A DNA stretch of 64,000 nt from a virus: positions 1 to 64,000 of the IMG/VR virus record IMGVR_UViG_3300034374_007216, one strand, 5' to 3'. This document shows, in pieces, positions 1-10,313 of the stretch. Made by a program: the position numbers and the translations under genes. The notes under the pieces were generated by a model. It was not told where the DNA came from. It made no database searches and was given only the letters and a program-made list of their open reading frames with translations. Numbering within the stretch: the stretch's first letter is position 1; the number at the start of each line of letters is the position of its first letter.

Positions 1-331
1 CTTCTGTATCATCTGTAGGATTTAAATGTGCCTGTACGAGTGTGAGTGCGGCTGTCTTTGTAAGATAGCCACTACCTCGCTCCACACCGTTGTCATCAAG
101 CCATTGAAGAATGTCTTTTCTTGCCCAACCATTATCGGGGATGCCGTCATTGCCACCGTCAGTAGTGACTCCTTCATCGCCCTCAATGGTAAAGTGTTTT
201 GCTGGTAGTCTGTGTCGCCACTCATTTAACCACTCTTGAGTAACTTCCTCGGTTTCACCACGAATCCATTGACCCGCTCTATCGGCTCGCCTTCTCAAGT
301 AAAAAGGCCCGATGAAAGTTACTGTAGGCAC
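1..331 (-). CDS. Hypothetical virion-module protein with C-terminal HeH/LEM-like motif (3'-truncated by window)
   Basis: Read manually, not in ORF track. GTG at 331 gives MPTVTFIGPFYLRRRAD...GWARKDILQWLDDNGVERGSGYLTKTAALTLVQAHL, open to the window edge and directly downstream of ORF 341..718. Confidence 0.65.
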   Translation of the reverse strand, partial: MPTVTFIGPFYLRRRADRAGQWIRGETEEVTQEWLNEWRHRLPAKHFTIEGDEGVTTDGGNDGIPDNGWARKDILQWLDDNGVERGSGYLTKTAALTLVQAHLNPTDDTE

Positions 332-340
332 TTAAAACCC

Positions 341-718
341 TCAGTTGTACATCACTAACAGGCTATGTGCTTCTGCCGCACCTGTAATGGTAATTGTCAA
401 ACTGCTTACTGCAATTTTTAAAGCCGCTTGTGTACCGCTTGTTTGGTTTCCTGTAGCCAATAGAATGCTTGTTACTCCACCTGCGAGTACGACTGTACCT
501 GCACCTGTTGTGGTAATAAGAGCCATCTTTGGTGCGGCATCGTAGCCGTTTGCTCCATCGCTGTTAGAAGCATTGAATGTACCCGGACCACCGCCCGGAT
601 ATGTTACATCTGCTGCTCCGTCGAGCCATTCTGTTGTGTCGTGAGAACCTGCTCGAAGTTCCCATGCACCTACTAATGTTGGTGTTGCTGTTCCGCTTAC
701 TGTTAATTCATTTGCCAT
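341..718 (-). CDS. Putative head decoration/structural protein
   Basis: 125 aa, Ala/Gly/Thr-rich, immediately downstream of MCP, with GAGGTGA SD. Confidence 0.5.
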   Translation of the reverse strand: MANELTVSGTATPTLVGAWELRAGSHDTTEWLDGAADVTYPGGGPGTFNASNSDGANGYDAAPKMALITTTGAGTVVLAGGVTSILLATGNQTSGTQAALKIAVSSLTITITGAAEAHSLLVMYN

Positions 719-750
719 AATTTTTCACCTCAATGTTAAATTCTCCAACC

Positions 751-1851
751 TCACTTAAGGTCACGAACTGAACCATGACCTCCGAAGAAAGTTGTCCACA
801 ATTCGCCCATTGTTCGGTACATACCCTCTTGTCCAAGACGGTTGATAGCGAATGGGTCGCCTGTTTCAATACCACTTTCAAAGTATTGTGTTGGAATTGC
901 TGTACTAAAGTACAAGTAATCAGTATCAAGATAATAGATACGGCTGAGTGTGTCGGTTTGAACATCCTTTGATGGAATGATTGGAATACCGTTGTATGTT
1001 GCAACGATAAAACCTGCTTCAATACCGGGAACACCCTTGACACCGTTGTAGGTAGGTGTGACTCTCTTCTCTTCCATAAATCGCTGTTGGCTTTGGAGGA
1101 GTTGTTGTAGTCGCATCAATGTGTCGTAACCTGTAAGCATGACCTTTGGATTTCCACCACGAGTCCAAATCTTTTGGAACAAGTCGTCAAGTTGGTCGAG
1201 TGAAAGGTTTCGGTCTGTACCACTGTTTTCGTTGTGTTCTGCAAGTGACCATGTGTTTGCACTTCGGTCAATTGAGTAAATGTCTTCGTTAGCACTCGCC
1301 GATGCACCTGTTGTTACTCGGTCAAGTGATTCAAAGTCGTTACCTGCGGCAGTTCCTTTGTCAGTTGTGAGCATTTGGTTGATGTGTTCTGCGTGGTGCT
1401 TACCCATTTCTTCCTTAAGGATTGCACGAATGTCGCCAAGACCGTCATCTTTGTCGGAAAGGAACATTGCTGTTTCACTCATGTCGAATGTGTGGACAAC
1501 AGTTTTTGGCTTTGCGGCAATGTGTTGGAAGGTTGGCTTAGTTGTTTCTGGAAGAGTTGCGTTTTCTGCAACACCGCCACCAACTGAGAAGGATGGCTTT
1601 GCAGTAATAACTCTCCAACCACTTCGCTCCCAAGGTCGCTTTGGTAGGATTGAAAATGCGTTGAACTCTTGGTTCAATTGTGACCAAACCTTTCGACCAT
1701 AGATTGCTTGGTATGTACCAGCAGTGGTTGAAAGCATTGGTGCGTCTGCTTTGAGAAGTTCGCTACCGGAGTAGGAGTAGCCCATAGCGTTGCCGGCTCC
1801 GTAGTAGTATCGCTCCATGTCTGTAATGTTTCTAATGTAATCTCTTGCCAT
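751..1851 (-). CDS. Major capsid protein (HK97 fold)
   Basis: 366 aa directly after the prohead protease. HK97-like motifs ILPKRPWERSGWRVIT, GGVAENATLP and YNGIPIIPSKDV. N-terminal ELLK-A may be a maturation site. Confidence 0.9.
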   Translation of the reverse strand: MARDYIRNITDMERYYYGAGNAMGYSYSGSELLKADAPMLSTTAGTYQAIYGRKVWSQLNQEFNAFSILPKRPWERSGWRVITAKPSFSVGGGVAENATLPETTKPTFQHIAAKPKTVVHTFDMSETAMFLSDKDDGLGDIRAILKEEMGKHHAEHINQMLTTDKGTAAGNDFESLDRVTTGASASANEDIYSIDRSANTWSLAEHNENSGTDRNLSLDQLDDLFQKIWTRGGNPKVMLTGYDTLMRLQQLLQSQQRFMEEKRVTPTYNGVKGVPGIEAGFIVATYNGIPIIPSKDVQTDTLSRIYYLDTDYLYFSTAIPTQYFESGIETGDPFAINRLGQEGMYRTMGELWTTFFGGHGSVRDLK

Positions 1852-1861
1852 TTAATTCACC

Positions 1862-3214
1862 TCATTCTCCTCGGAGAGTCCTCCTTGCAAGGGCATGGAC
1901 TTCATCCCAACCCATATTGCCTAAGTCCTCAGTGGAGGGAACATTAATTGATGAAACAGATGCAGACTTTTGAATAGTCGTGCTACCTGTTGAAATGTTG
2001 TCAATACGCTCCGAGAGTGCTTCAATTGACTTAACAATCTCAGCGAGTGGTGCTCGTGCGTCAAATTGAGCCTTTGCTTGTTGTGCTTTTGCAATTTCCA
2101 TTTCGTTGTTGAAACGACCTGCAAATTGAGATTCAAGGTTGTTTCGGAAATGCTGTTCCATAGCGGCGGCCTTATACACTTCGTAAGCGGCTTCAATATC
2201 AGCATCACTTACATTGCTTTCGTTAAGGTAGCCTTTTGACATAGATACAGGACCGAGAGCACCAGCAGGTGTTTTACCACCCGATGATGAAACGGCGTTG
2301 ATAGCACCTGTTGATGGGCTACCGTTTTCTTGTCCTCGGCCTCGTACCTGTCCAGCGAAATAGTCTGCACCATCCACTGAGTCAGGGTTGTCGAATCCAC
2401 CGAGTTGTGCTTTTTCCAAGTTGTCAAAGTGTGTTCGTGCCGCAACAGTATCAACACCTGCGGATTTTAGAGTGTCTTCCATCCACGATAGGTATTCTGC
2501 TGAGATAACATCACTATATTCGTCGCCTTTTTCCATGTCATCATCCTCTTTCATTTCTTTCTTTTCTTCTTGTTCTTTGCCTTTGCCTTTCTTTTCTTCA
2601 ATGGCTTCACGGAGTTGAGGGGGGATTCCCTTCTCCATTGCATCCAATCGTGCTTCAAGGCGTGACATAATATCGTTTAGTTCAGTTTCTTCTGTCATAC
2701 TTTTATCCTCCTTTAGAATACGAAATTGTGCTTCGGGGTTAATTCCCTTTTCACAAATCGTTATCTCATGCAACTCCATTTTTGAAATCTCTTGGTAATC
2801 GCCTTTTTCCATATCGGACCTTCGTACTCTTTTGAAGGCTTGACCTCCAATAGAGAATCCACGAAGGTTTCCTTTGCGGATTTCGGCGGCTACTTCACGA
2901 GCCTTCTCAATATCATTGCGGAGTTGGACAACGACAAACATACCTGTGTCATCCACTTCGGATTTCCACATTCTGCCGTTAGAATCAATGTAATTGTCAA
3001 TTACTTCTCCAACTTGAATGTTGGAGTGTGCCAATTGTACATTGCGGAATTTATCGCTTTTCATAAAACTGTTAAATGCATCATTCAAAGCACTACGAGT
3101 AATAAGGTCGCCTTGCTTATCAACTAATTCAACAGATGCATAACCTGCAACGACCAAATCCGAGCCACTCTTGAGGAGAGTGATACCCGATGCTGGTTGT
3201 TCTATAGAAAGCAT
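1862..3214 (-). CDS. Prohead protease with C-terminal scaffold region
   Basis: VAGYASVELVDKQGD, LAHSN, LRGFSIGG and HEITIC...NPEA motifs of HK97-type prohead proteases, followed by an acidic coiled-coil tail. Confidence 0.9.
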   Translation of the reverse strand: MLSIEQPASGITLLKSGSDLVVAGYASVELVDKQGDLITRSALNDAFNSFMKSDKFRNVQLAHSNIQVGEVIDNYIDSNGRMWKSEVDDTGMFVVVQLRNDIEKAREVAAEIRKGNLRGFSIGGQAFKRVRRSDMEKGDYQEISKMELHEITICEKGINPEAQFRILKEDKSMTEETELNDIMSRLEARLDAMEKGIPPQLREAIEEKKGKGKEQEEKKEMKEDDDMEKGDEYSDVISAEYLSWMEDTLKSAGVDTVAARTHFDNLEKAQLGGFDNPDSVDGADYFAGQVRGRGQENGSPSTGAINAVSSSGGKTPAGALGPVSMSKGYLNESNVSDADIEAAYEVYKAAAMEQHFRNNLESQFAGRFNNEMEIAKAQQAKAQFDARAPLAEIVKSIEALSERIDNISTGSTTIQKSASVSSINVPSTEDLGNMGWDEVHALARRTLRGE

Positions 3215-3251
3215 TGAAGGGGTCTTTCCCTCTTTTTGTATTTATATCTGC

Positions 3252-6200
3252 TTATGAATGAGAAATAATTGGCTGTTCATTGTCATAGTCTATAGAAATC
3301 TCTTCATTTTCGTCTGTACGAAGTTTAATGTGATTTAGTCGCTCGTTTTTCTTCTCTTTCTTTTCATCAGTAATTATTTTTTCACCATCGAAATCGGGCA
3401 AATTTTCTTCTTCCGTCAATTTGGTCGGTCCTCGTGGAGATTCTTGCGGAGTTCCTACATCAATACCCAAACCCTTTGGTCCTGTCCAAGTCATTTTTTC
3501 CTTACTAATAGTATCTAAAGTACGAAGAATGAGTTCAAGTGCTTTCTTTTTGGTTTCGGGTTTAAGCAATCTATTTTCATCATCTTCATCAATAAGACCC
3601 GCACTTTCTTCTTCCATTTGCTCTTCTGTTGGCTTTTTAGGCATGTCAAGTTCGGTTTTCTTAGTTACTATTCCTTTAATCATCAATGGTGCTACCGATG
3701 ACCAAAACGGCATAAGACTTTGAGATAGTACAACAGGATAGTCATTTTTCATAATACCACTAAGAGAACTTTTGGGAGAATGAATAAACCAATTATCCTC
3801 AAATTGCTCAAACTTGTATTTTACAATATCAACATCGTTTATGTGAATAAGTAATTCATCATCTATTATTTCTAAATCGTGTGGCATTATAATAGGTGTA
3901 AAAGATTTGGTTAGCAAATCAAGTGATTCAACGCTTGCCGCACCTTCTCCCTCACCTTCTCCTTCTATTTCTTTGAATTGTATATTATACACAGGTCGCT
4001 CTTTTCGATTCTTTTTCGTTACACCTGTAATAGATGCACGCACTATATCTCCGACTTTGAATGCTTTTTGTTGATTAAAGGCTGTGCCTACATCCATGTA
4101 ATAATGTCCTTTATGTTCTATTGCCCTGTTACCCAATCCTTCACCGTCGAGTATAGGACCAGCACCTAATTGATATGTGAATGGACCTTTACCCCTACGG
4201 TCAAGCACAATGAAATTGAAATCTTTTGTATCTCTATACAACAACCACTTAGGATGCCTTCTTTCACCTTTCATGTATGTTGATTTATTATCACGAAGGA
4301 GAATAACATCGTGTTCTTCTTTTAGTGAATTAACTGCTTCTTCAAGCCCCTCGTCATCTGTCATTTTAGTGTCGTGAGGACCGGGTACAATGACACTTTC
4401 ATGACTGTCAAATTGAGAACGGAGAATTTTCAGCCTTTCAAACAGTTGCATGTCGGATATATTATTATCGTCATAATTGATAATGTCAATAATATTTAAT
4501 TCTTCATCGCCAAGAATAGCATCAATAGTGTAGTTCTTTTTATTCAACTCTTCTATGGATTCCATAGTTTTCTTATTGACACCTTTTTTCTTCCCGTTTT
4601 CATCATACACAGTAATGCCTTCGTCATTCTTTACAATAACAATTCTCTTACCACTATACCACTTACTTACAACCCATGAACCACTAAAGCCACGCAAATG
4701 CTCAAGGTCATCTAAAGAAAATATTCTATGCATTGGTCGAATTGGTGGTGTCCAAGTGCTTTCATCTTTCTTTTCTAAAAGCACATCGGGGTTTAACAGT
4801 GAGGTAATAAGTTCACTCATTTCACTTTTACCTACTGCATATACATCTTCGCTCGGTGTTTCGTATGTATCTAAATCCATACTTTGATGAGCGGATTCAT
4901 TGTATTGAGGAGGCGGTGCGTTATCCCACACTTGTTTCACCATTTCATTTCCATGCACTATCTCCGATAATTCTTTTGGCACGCTATGATACAAGCCTGT
5001 TTCAATATTTGTTCCGGGTATCACTTGCCCGTCTTCTGTAATTTCAACACCAACACTCGGTGTTGCTTCGTAGCCCGAATGATATGCATGAGAATCAAAT
5101 GTGTCTGCAATTGAATTATTGACAGGTGACGGAGCACCAACGGGTAAGCCTTCTTGCATACCAGCAGAATAACTTTGTGAAATTTCTGGTGTAAATATAC
5201 CATCTTCACCTTCTAAATTAACAGTCGGATTAAAATGTACGATTGTATCTAAATGATTTCTTGTCATAAATGATGCCTTTTGCTTACCCTTAGCACCTAA
5301 AGTTTCAGCACCATGTATATCATTAGATATTGAGCCGATACCTGCGGCTTGTTGTTGATGAGCAAATGTACCATCAAATAGTCTGCTCATAGTGCGTGGA
5401 AAACTATGCAGTTCATGTCCTTTCCATTGGCTTTCACCATATTTAGATTGCAAACTTTGAATTGCTTGGTGGTAGCCTTTTTCATGAAGTATTCGATGAA
5501 ACATTTCATTATCATCTAAATCTTCAATTTCTTTACCCATTATTTCTTCATTGGGTAATAATTTAGAAAACGATGTGTTACCAACTTTATCAATTGCACC
5601 ACTTGTAAGCAATTGATTGATAGTTGAAGCCATAAGTGGTGTATTCAATTTGTTACTTTGTTCAATTAACTCACGAGCATGTTCTTTTGCTTGGGGGCTA
5701 CGCTCAATTCCAAGAGCATCAAGAACCTCATTCACCGACATATTACCATCAATCATTGTACCTTTGTCGGATAGATGTTGAGCAATTTGTGCATGTGCTT
5801 CTCCAACAGGTGATTTTTTACGCTCAATAATGTTCTGCTTTATTCCATAATTAGGTGCAGTAAGTCCATGAACTGAATGAGGTACAGTATTGATATATCG
5901 TTGTGCATCTCGGAAAAGTCGTGAATTATTATCTATGAACTTTTGTGGGTCGTTAGGGTCAAAAGCAGTGGGGTCTGCTTCAAGAAATTTAGGCATAATA
6001 ACATCTCTTGCCACTTGTGCAACAAGATTACGATGACCTTTGAAAATTGTATCTAAATGATTTTGCATAATTTCATAGTGTGTTGAACCACCACCCAACA
6101 CCGCTTTTGTTGCTTTGTTTTGCTCAACAGCAAGTTGTTGTTCTAATTCCTTTACTGATGAAAGAACTTGTTGGCGTTGCTCTCCTACTAATTCGGGGTT

Positions 6201-8984
6201 ATTCAAAACCCCATACAAATCTTCAAGTTCATCATTTATTGCTTCTTCTTTTTCCATTGCTGGTAAAGCACCACCAAATTGTAATGCGGCGGCGATAGCA
6301 TCGGTTACAGATGCTTTGTATTGTGATTTACTCTTTTGCTTCTCTTTTGATTTTTTATTTTCTTCATTAAGTATGTTCATCATAGATGGGAAAAAAGATT
6401 CTAATGACGACATATCTAAATTATCGAATTGACCATAACCCATATGGTCTTTCAAGTCTTCATAGTCGCCTCCACTCAAATAGGTCATAATTTGATTAGG
6501 ATTTGTGGTTTGAAGCATTTTTGCTGTTGATGTAATAATTTTAAGTGCATCTTTTGTTTCTGTATCTTGCACATAACGATTTTTCAACGCATTTGCTGTA
6601 GGTTTAGCAATGCCACCCCAACCCATAAGTTGTAAAAAATCATCCAATGTCAATCCAGCACTAAACTTTTCATCTCCACGAAGAAAATCTTTGTAGTTCA
6701 TTACTGATTTTTCTGCTGGTTGATTTGGATGGTCAAGACGACCAAGAAGTGTATTCATCATGTGTGCAATTTGGGCATTTTTGTGAATATGAGTGTCACT
6801 TGAACCCGGTCCATAACCGCTTGAACTTACGATATGTTCAGTTGGATTATGCGTAAATGGATGAGTCATAGGTGCAATGTAACTACCGAGAAAACTTTGT
6901 AAATCATTTTTTGTCATATTTCTAATAGCGTGTTCATACAATGGAATAAGTGATGATTTATGTTCAGTGTGATTGTTCTTTTCAGTAGCACCCTGCTTAA
7001 ATCCCGAAGCATAACTTCCATGTGGTTTTACTTTTGATGTGCCGAAAGGCGAAAGCATGTTTTGTATCGAAGATGGTATATTATTGTATGAAAATCCACC
7101 AATTGCCTTTTCCCCACTCATATATTTCACAGGGTCATATTCACCTATTTTTGTAGTGTGTTCGGGCATGAAGTGATAGGCTAACGATTTGTTATTATCA
7201 TTCATTTGTACGAAATTTTCACTTTCTGGATTTAAAGTGGTCAAATGTGAATCACCATCATTTCCATGTGTTGCATTCAAAATTTCATGCCATGTGGTCA
7301 CTGTTGAGCCTACACCACCTACTTTTTGAAATTCCTCCGCCCAAAACTTTCCGGGTCCATATGTATAACCATCTTTATGTTCTTTCCAATATGGTGCTTT
7401 TTCTTCGCTTGGATGTGGTCCATGTGGACTTGTTAAAAACGCTCTTGCGTTTCTTATGTCTTTCATTTTTGATTCTAACGAACCATTGTGATTTGCTTCT
7501 TGGATAAGTTCATCAATCCATTGTTTAGGTACTAATGGTTCATCCAATTTTCCATGTATAGGGTGATTTTCAAGCAAATCATTTGTATCGGGATTAAAAC
7601 CTGCAAGGTAATACAAGTCTTTGGCTGTTAATCTTACATGACTCAAATCCTTTCTTCCTTTTTTCTTGAAGTGGGAATTTGTTGCATCTTTTAAGTCATC
7701 CCAAGACAATTCTTTAAGTGGATTCTTATGAACATCTAAACGGGGTAAAAATCTAAGTCTTTTTTGCCCTTCTTTATCAGCACCATAGTTTTCATCTATT
7801 TTATCAATAATGTAATCTGCAATTGATTTTTCACCAAAAAATGTTTGTGGTGTATGTGCAAGTTCTCCAATTTGTTTCTGTAAAAAGCGAGCCTCACCAC
7901 CTTGTTCAAAATCAATGTCATTATCTTCTTGACGATAATGTGCGTTTCGGCCTGTAAGATGGGAAGGTCTTACCCACCAATTCATTTCGGGTGTCATACG
8001 CATAAGAGCGTTGTAAGTTATTCTTGCTGATGGTATTTTTTCTCCATTAGGTAATGTAATGACTTCATGTTTATCAAGACCCTTTTCGGGGTCGTTAATG
8101 TGATTCATTATAGCCGTTCTTTCTTCGGGGCTAAACCATTCAAGACCGTACATGTAACCGTTATGACCGAGATTTTTAGGGTGTCGAACACCATTTTCAT
8201 CTTCAACATGTTCATTTGAATCCCAATCTCTTGCTCTATCTTCAAAATGTAAATGACGCATTTCTCTATTTGCTTCATCGTCAGTTAGACCTTGACTCAA
8301 TAAATCGTCTTTAATTGCTGAATTTTCTCTTAACCATCGTTGGTAATCACGATGGTAAAAATCAATTTGATGATTGTTCATTGTTTGTTTAGTGATTGTA
8401 CTTCCGAGTAATTTTCTTTTTATTTTACCATAAGATGTTTCTGCATTGTAACCGTTAATCAACGGGTTATTCGCTTTACTTTCATGAGCAATGAATTTTT
8501 TCTCAAAGTCTTTTTCATCTTGAGCGTGTCCATTAAAAATATGTTTTCGTATCTTTTCAATATATTGTGAATTACCCGTAACAGCATTCTTTCTAAGTAA
8601 TGGATGATTTACTTCATGAAATGGAAAATGATGGCTACGGTACGGAGCATTTGGAGAAGATGGTTGATAATACGGCCACACCGCATGAGCATTTTCTGGA
8701 TTTAAGGGCGTTTGTAACCCATCACTCCACACATGGTCTGTGGGTTCATTATCAGCATGATGCCTTCCAAAAAGATAACCTTCTTGCCTTTTTTGTTCTT
8801 CATCTTCTTTAGCAATAATCATTTCAGCAGTATTCAAAAGTGATTTTTGAAATGCATCGAGTTTTTTGTCATCAAGTGCTTCGTAAGCAAGTATGTATTC
8901 CGCCGCAGATGTACGAAGGTCATAACCATCATGAAGTGATTTTAACAACTCATTAGTCGAGATGTCAAAACGCTTTGACTCCAT
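3252..8984 (-). CDS. Giant head-module protein with C-terminal ATP-dependent DNA ligase-like domain (degenerate motifs)
   Basis: ~1910 aa, start taken at MESKR after GGTGA SD. C-terminal WVVSKWYSGKR, TIDAIL, IIDII, ERLKIL and ILLRD...YMKGERRHPKWLLYR follow the ligase motif order. Confidence 0.65.
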   Translation of the reverse strand: MESKRFDISTNELLKSLHDGYDLRTSAAEYILAYEALDDKKLDAFQKSLLNTAEMIIAKEDEEQKRQEGYLFGRHHADNEPTDHVWSDGLQTPLNPENAHAVWPYYQPSSPNAPYRSHHFPFHEVNHPLLRKNAVTGNSQYIEKIRKHIFNGHAQDEKDFEKKFIAHESKANNPLINGYNAETSYGKIKRKLLGSTITKQTMNNHQIDFYHRDYQRWLRENSAIKDDLLSQGLTDDEANREMRHLHFEDRARDWDSNEHVEDENGVRHPKNLGHNGYMYGLEWFSPEERTAIMNHINDPEKGLDKHEVITLPNGEKIPSARITYNALMRMTPEMNWWVRPSHLTGRNAHYRQEDNDIDFEQGGEARFLQKQIGELAHTPQTFFGEKSIADYIIDKIDENYGADKEGQKRLRFLPRLDVHKNPLKELSWDDLKDATNSHFKKKGRKDLSHVRLTAKDLYYLAGFNPDTNDLLENHPIHGKLDEPLVPKQWIDELIQEANHNGSLESKMKDIRNARAFLTSPHGPHPSEEKAPYWKEHKDGYTYGPGKFWAEEFQKVGGVGSTVTTWHEILNATHGNDGDSHLTTLNPESENFVQMNDNNKSLAYHFMPEHTTKIGEYDPVKYMSGEKAIGGFSYNNIPSSIQNMLSPFGTSKVKPHGSYASGFKQGATEKNNHTEHKSSLIPLYEHAIRNMTKNDLQSFLGSYIAPMTHPFTHNPTEHIVSSSGYGPGSSDTHIHKNAQIAHMMNTLLGRLDHPNQPAEKSVMNYKDFLRGDEKFSAGLTLDDFLQLMGWGGIAKPTANALKNRYVQDTETKDALKIITSTAKMLQTTNPNQIMTYLSGGDYEDLKDHMGYGQFDNLDMSSLESFFPSMMNILNEENKKSKEKQKSKSQYKASVTDAIAAALQFGGALPAMEKEEAINDELEDLYGVLNNPELVGEQRQQVLSSVKELEQQLAVEQNKATKAVLGGGSTHYEIMQNHLDTIFKGHRNLVAQVARDVIMPKFLEADPTAFDPNDPQKFIDNNSRLFRDAQRYINTVPHSVHGLTAPNYGIKQNIIERKKSPVGEAHAQIAQHLSDKGTMIDGNMSVNEVLDALGIERSPQAKEHARELIEQSNKLNTPLMASTINQLLTSGAIDKVGNTSFSKLLPNEEIMGKEIEDLDDNEMFHRILHEKGYHQAIQSLQSKYGESQWKGHELHSFPRTMSRLFDGTFAHQQQAAGIGSISNDIHGAETLGAKGKQKASFMTRNHLDTIVHFNPTVNLEGEDGIFTPEISQSYSAGMQEGLPVGAPSPVNNSIADTFDSHAYHSGYEATPSVGVEITEDGQVIPGTNIETGLYHSVPKELSEIVHGNEMVKQVWDNAPPPQYNESAHQSMDLDTYETPSEDVYAVGKSEMSELITSLLNPDVLLEKKDESTWTPPIRPMHRIFSLDDLEHLRGFSGSWVVSKWYSGKRIVIVKNDEGITVYDENGKKKGVNKKTMESIEELNKKNYTIDAILGDEELNIIDIINYDDNNISDMQLFERLKILRSQFDSHESVIVPGPHDTKMTDDEGLEEAVNSLKEEHDVILLRDNKSTYMKGERRHPKWLLYRDTKDFNFIVLDRRGKGPFTYQLGAGPILDGEGLGNRAIEHKGHYYMDVGTAFNQQKAFKVGDIVRASITGVTKKNRKERPVYNIQFKEIEGEGEGEGAASVESLDLLTKSFTPIIMPHDLEIIDDELLIHINDVDIVKYKFEQFEDNWFIHSPKSSLSGIMKNDYPVVLSQSLMPFWSSVAPLMIKGIVTKKTELDMPKKPTEEQMEEESAGLIDEDDENRLLKPETKKKALELILRTLDTISKEKMTWTGPKGLGIDVGTPQESPRGPTKLTEEENLPDFDGEKIITDEKKEKKNERLNHIKLRTDENEEISIDYDNEQPIISHS

Positions 8985-8998
8985 GATTTCACCGCCTT

Positions 8999-9571
8999 TC
9001 ATAGCGGTTTAAATTTAGGGCAAGCGTGCAAATCCATTCCTTCGTGCAACAAACAACCTGTGCGGTCTGTACCGCCACAAAGACCGCATATTCCCATACC
9101 TGCTTCTCGCATGGTTGCTCTTGGATTTGCTTTTTGCACAGATGATTTACCACCTTGTGAATCTTCACGCTCAATACCGCCGCCTTCATGTGGATTCATT
9201 CTTGAGCCAAGATTTTCCATATCGGTTGCTTCTTTACCTTTCTTTTTCTTTGGAGCATCTTCTGCTTCAATGGTTCGACCATTTGTAGTAAAATATCCCG
9301 TCTTTGTTTGACCACCCGATTCTGCTACAAAGTGAGGATTGATGTCAGTAATCTTTTCACTCTTGTAACCGGGTTCGGCTTTTTCCATTTTGCCACCGCA
9401 ACCCATCTTCATGCAACCCATCTTGTTCATTTTAGTGCCGCACTTAGGACAGTTTTTACACTCACATGGTTCTTTTCCACAGTCGCACTTTGCTTTTTCT
9501 AATGCGTCAATTCGCAAAGATACCTCACGAGCCTTTTTCATAATTTCCGATTCTTCAAATCTTGGCTTCAT
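8999..9571 (-). CDS. Cys-rich hypothetical head-module protein
   Basis: 190 aa with CxC/CxxC clusters and repeated LEKA/MEKA/VQKA motifs. Confidence 0.6.
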   Translation of the reverse strand: MKPRFEESEIMKKAREVSLRIDALEKAKCDCGKEPCECKNCPKCGTKMNKMGCMKMGCGGKMEKAEPGYKSEKITDINPHFVAESGGQTKTGYFTTNGRTIEAEDAPKKKKGKEATDMENLGSRMNPHEGGGIEREDSQGGKSSVQKANPRATMREAGMGICGLCGGTDRTGCLLHEGMDLHACPKFKPL

Positions 9572-9909
9572 TCAATTTTCACTCCTTTTGCTTGGTTTGC
9601 TAAATCATGAATATCTTCCCACGACATATTGTGGAATTCTTCATTTGATTGTGGAATATATGATTTTTCGGTTTTGAGGATTGAATTATCTTCAAAATCA
9701 TTTCTAAACGGGTCTGCTAAAAGGTCTGTAGTAAGTGGAGTTGATACATGAACTAAACCCATTTTACGCAACAATGCTTGAGGATTGTTAATCATTTTTT
9801 TCAAAGCCTCATTTTCAGCCTTTAGAATGTTTAAATTGGTGTCCATTACTTCCATTTTGTTAATGAGTACACCCATAAGATACTCAGCATTGGGTGCTTC
9901 TTCACTCAT
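9568..9909 (-). CDS. Hypothetical protein sharing the scaffold C-terminal motif
   Basis: 113 aa. Ends NMSWEDIHDLA, similar to the protease tail NMGWDEVHALA. Confidence 0.6.
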   Translation of the reverse strand: MSEEAPNAEYLMGVLINKMEVMDTNLNILKAENEALKKMINNPQALLRKMGLVHVSTPLTTDLLADPFRNDFEDNSILKTEKSYIPQSNEEFHNMSWEDIHDLANQAKGVKIE

Positions 9910-9918
9910 TTAACCACC

Positions 9919-10266
9919 TCAAACTTTTCGACCATAACTTCCAGCACTTCGTCTGTATTGTGTTTGATGTCGCTTTGATGATGCAAAGCCAAGTCGCTCA
10001 CCTTTCAATACAGTTTGTTGTGAAGGCTCTTGAAATTTCATAACAGGTACTCCACCTGCAAACATATCTCGTGGTCCTAATGGTGTAACAACATCGGATT
10101 TTGAAATTTCACCATCTAAATCATCGGCAAGAAAATCACTTAATTTTTGCACTTCGGAAAGGTATTGCTTTGCCATTCGACCATCACCATTTTCTAACGC
10201 TTCAATAAACGCTTTTTGTGCTTGTTCCATTTTTCTTGCCATTGGATGCATCTTTAACAAGTCCAT
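9919..10266 (-). CDS. Hypothetical head-module protein
   Basis: 115 aa with GGTGA SD, begins MDLLK. Confidence 0.6.
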   Translation of the reverse strand: MDLLKMHPMARKMEQAQKAFIEALENGDGRMAKQYLSEVQKLSDFLADDLDGEISKSDVVTPLGPRDMFAGGVPVMKFQEPSQQTVLKGERLGFASSKRHQTQYRRSAGSYGRKV

Positions 10267-10313
10267 TTTATCACCTGCTTGTGTTATCTCATACCATTCT
10301 TGTTTAAGAAGAT

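Noticed and set aside
22-225. ORF-track 67-aa minus-strand ORF
   Set aside because: Wrong frame. The longer GTG-initiated frame from 331 gives a more protein-like product adjacent to the upstream gene.
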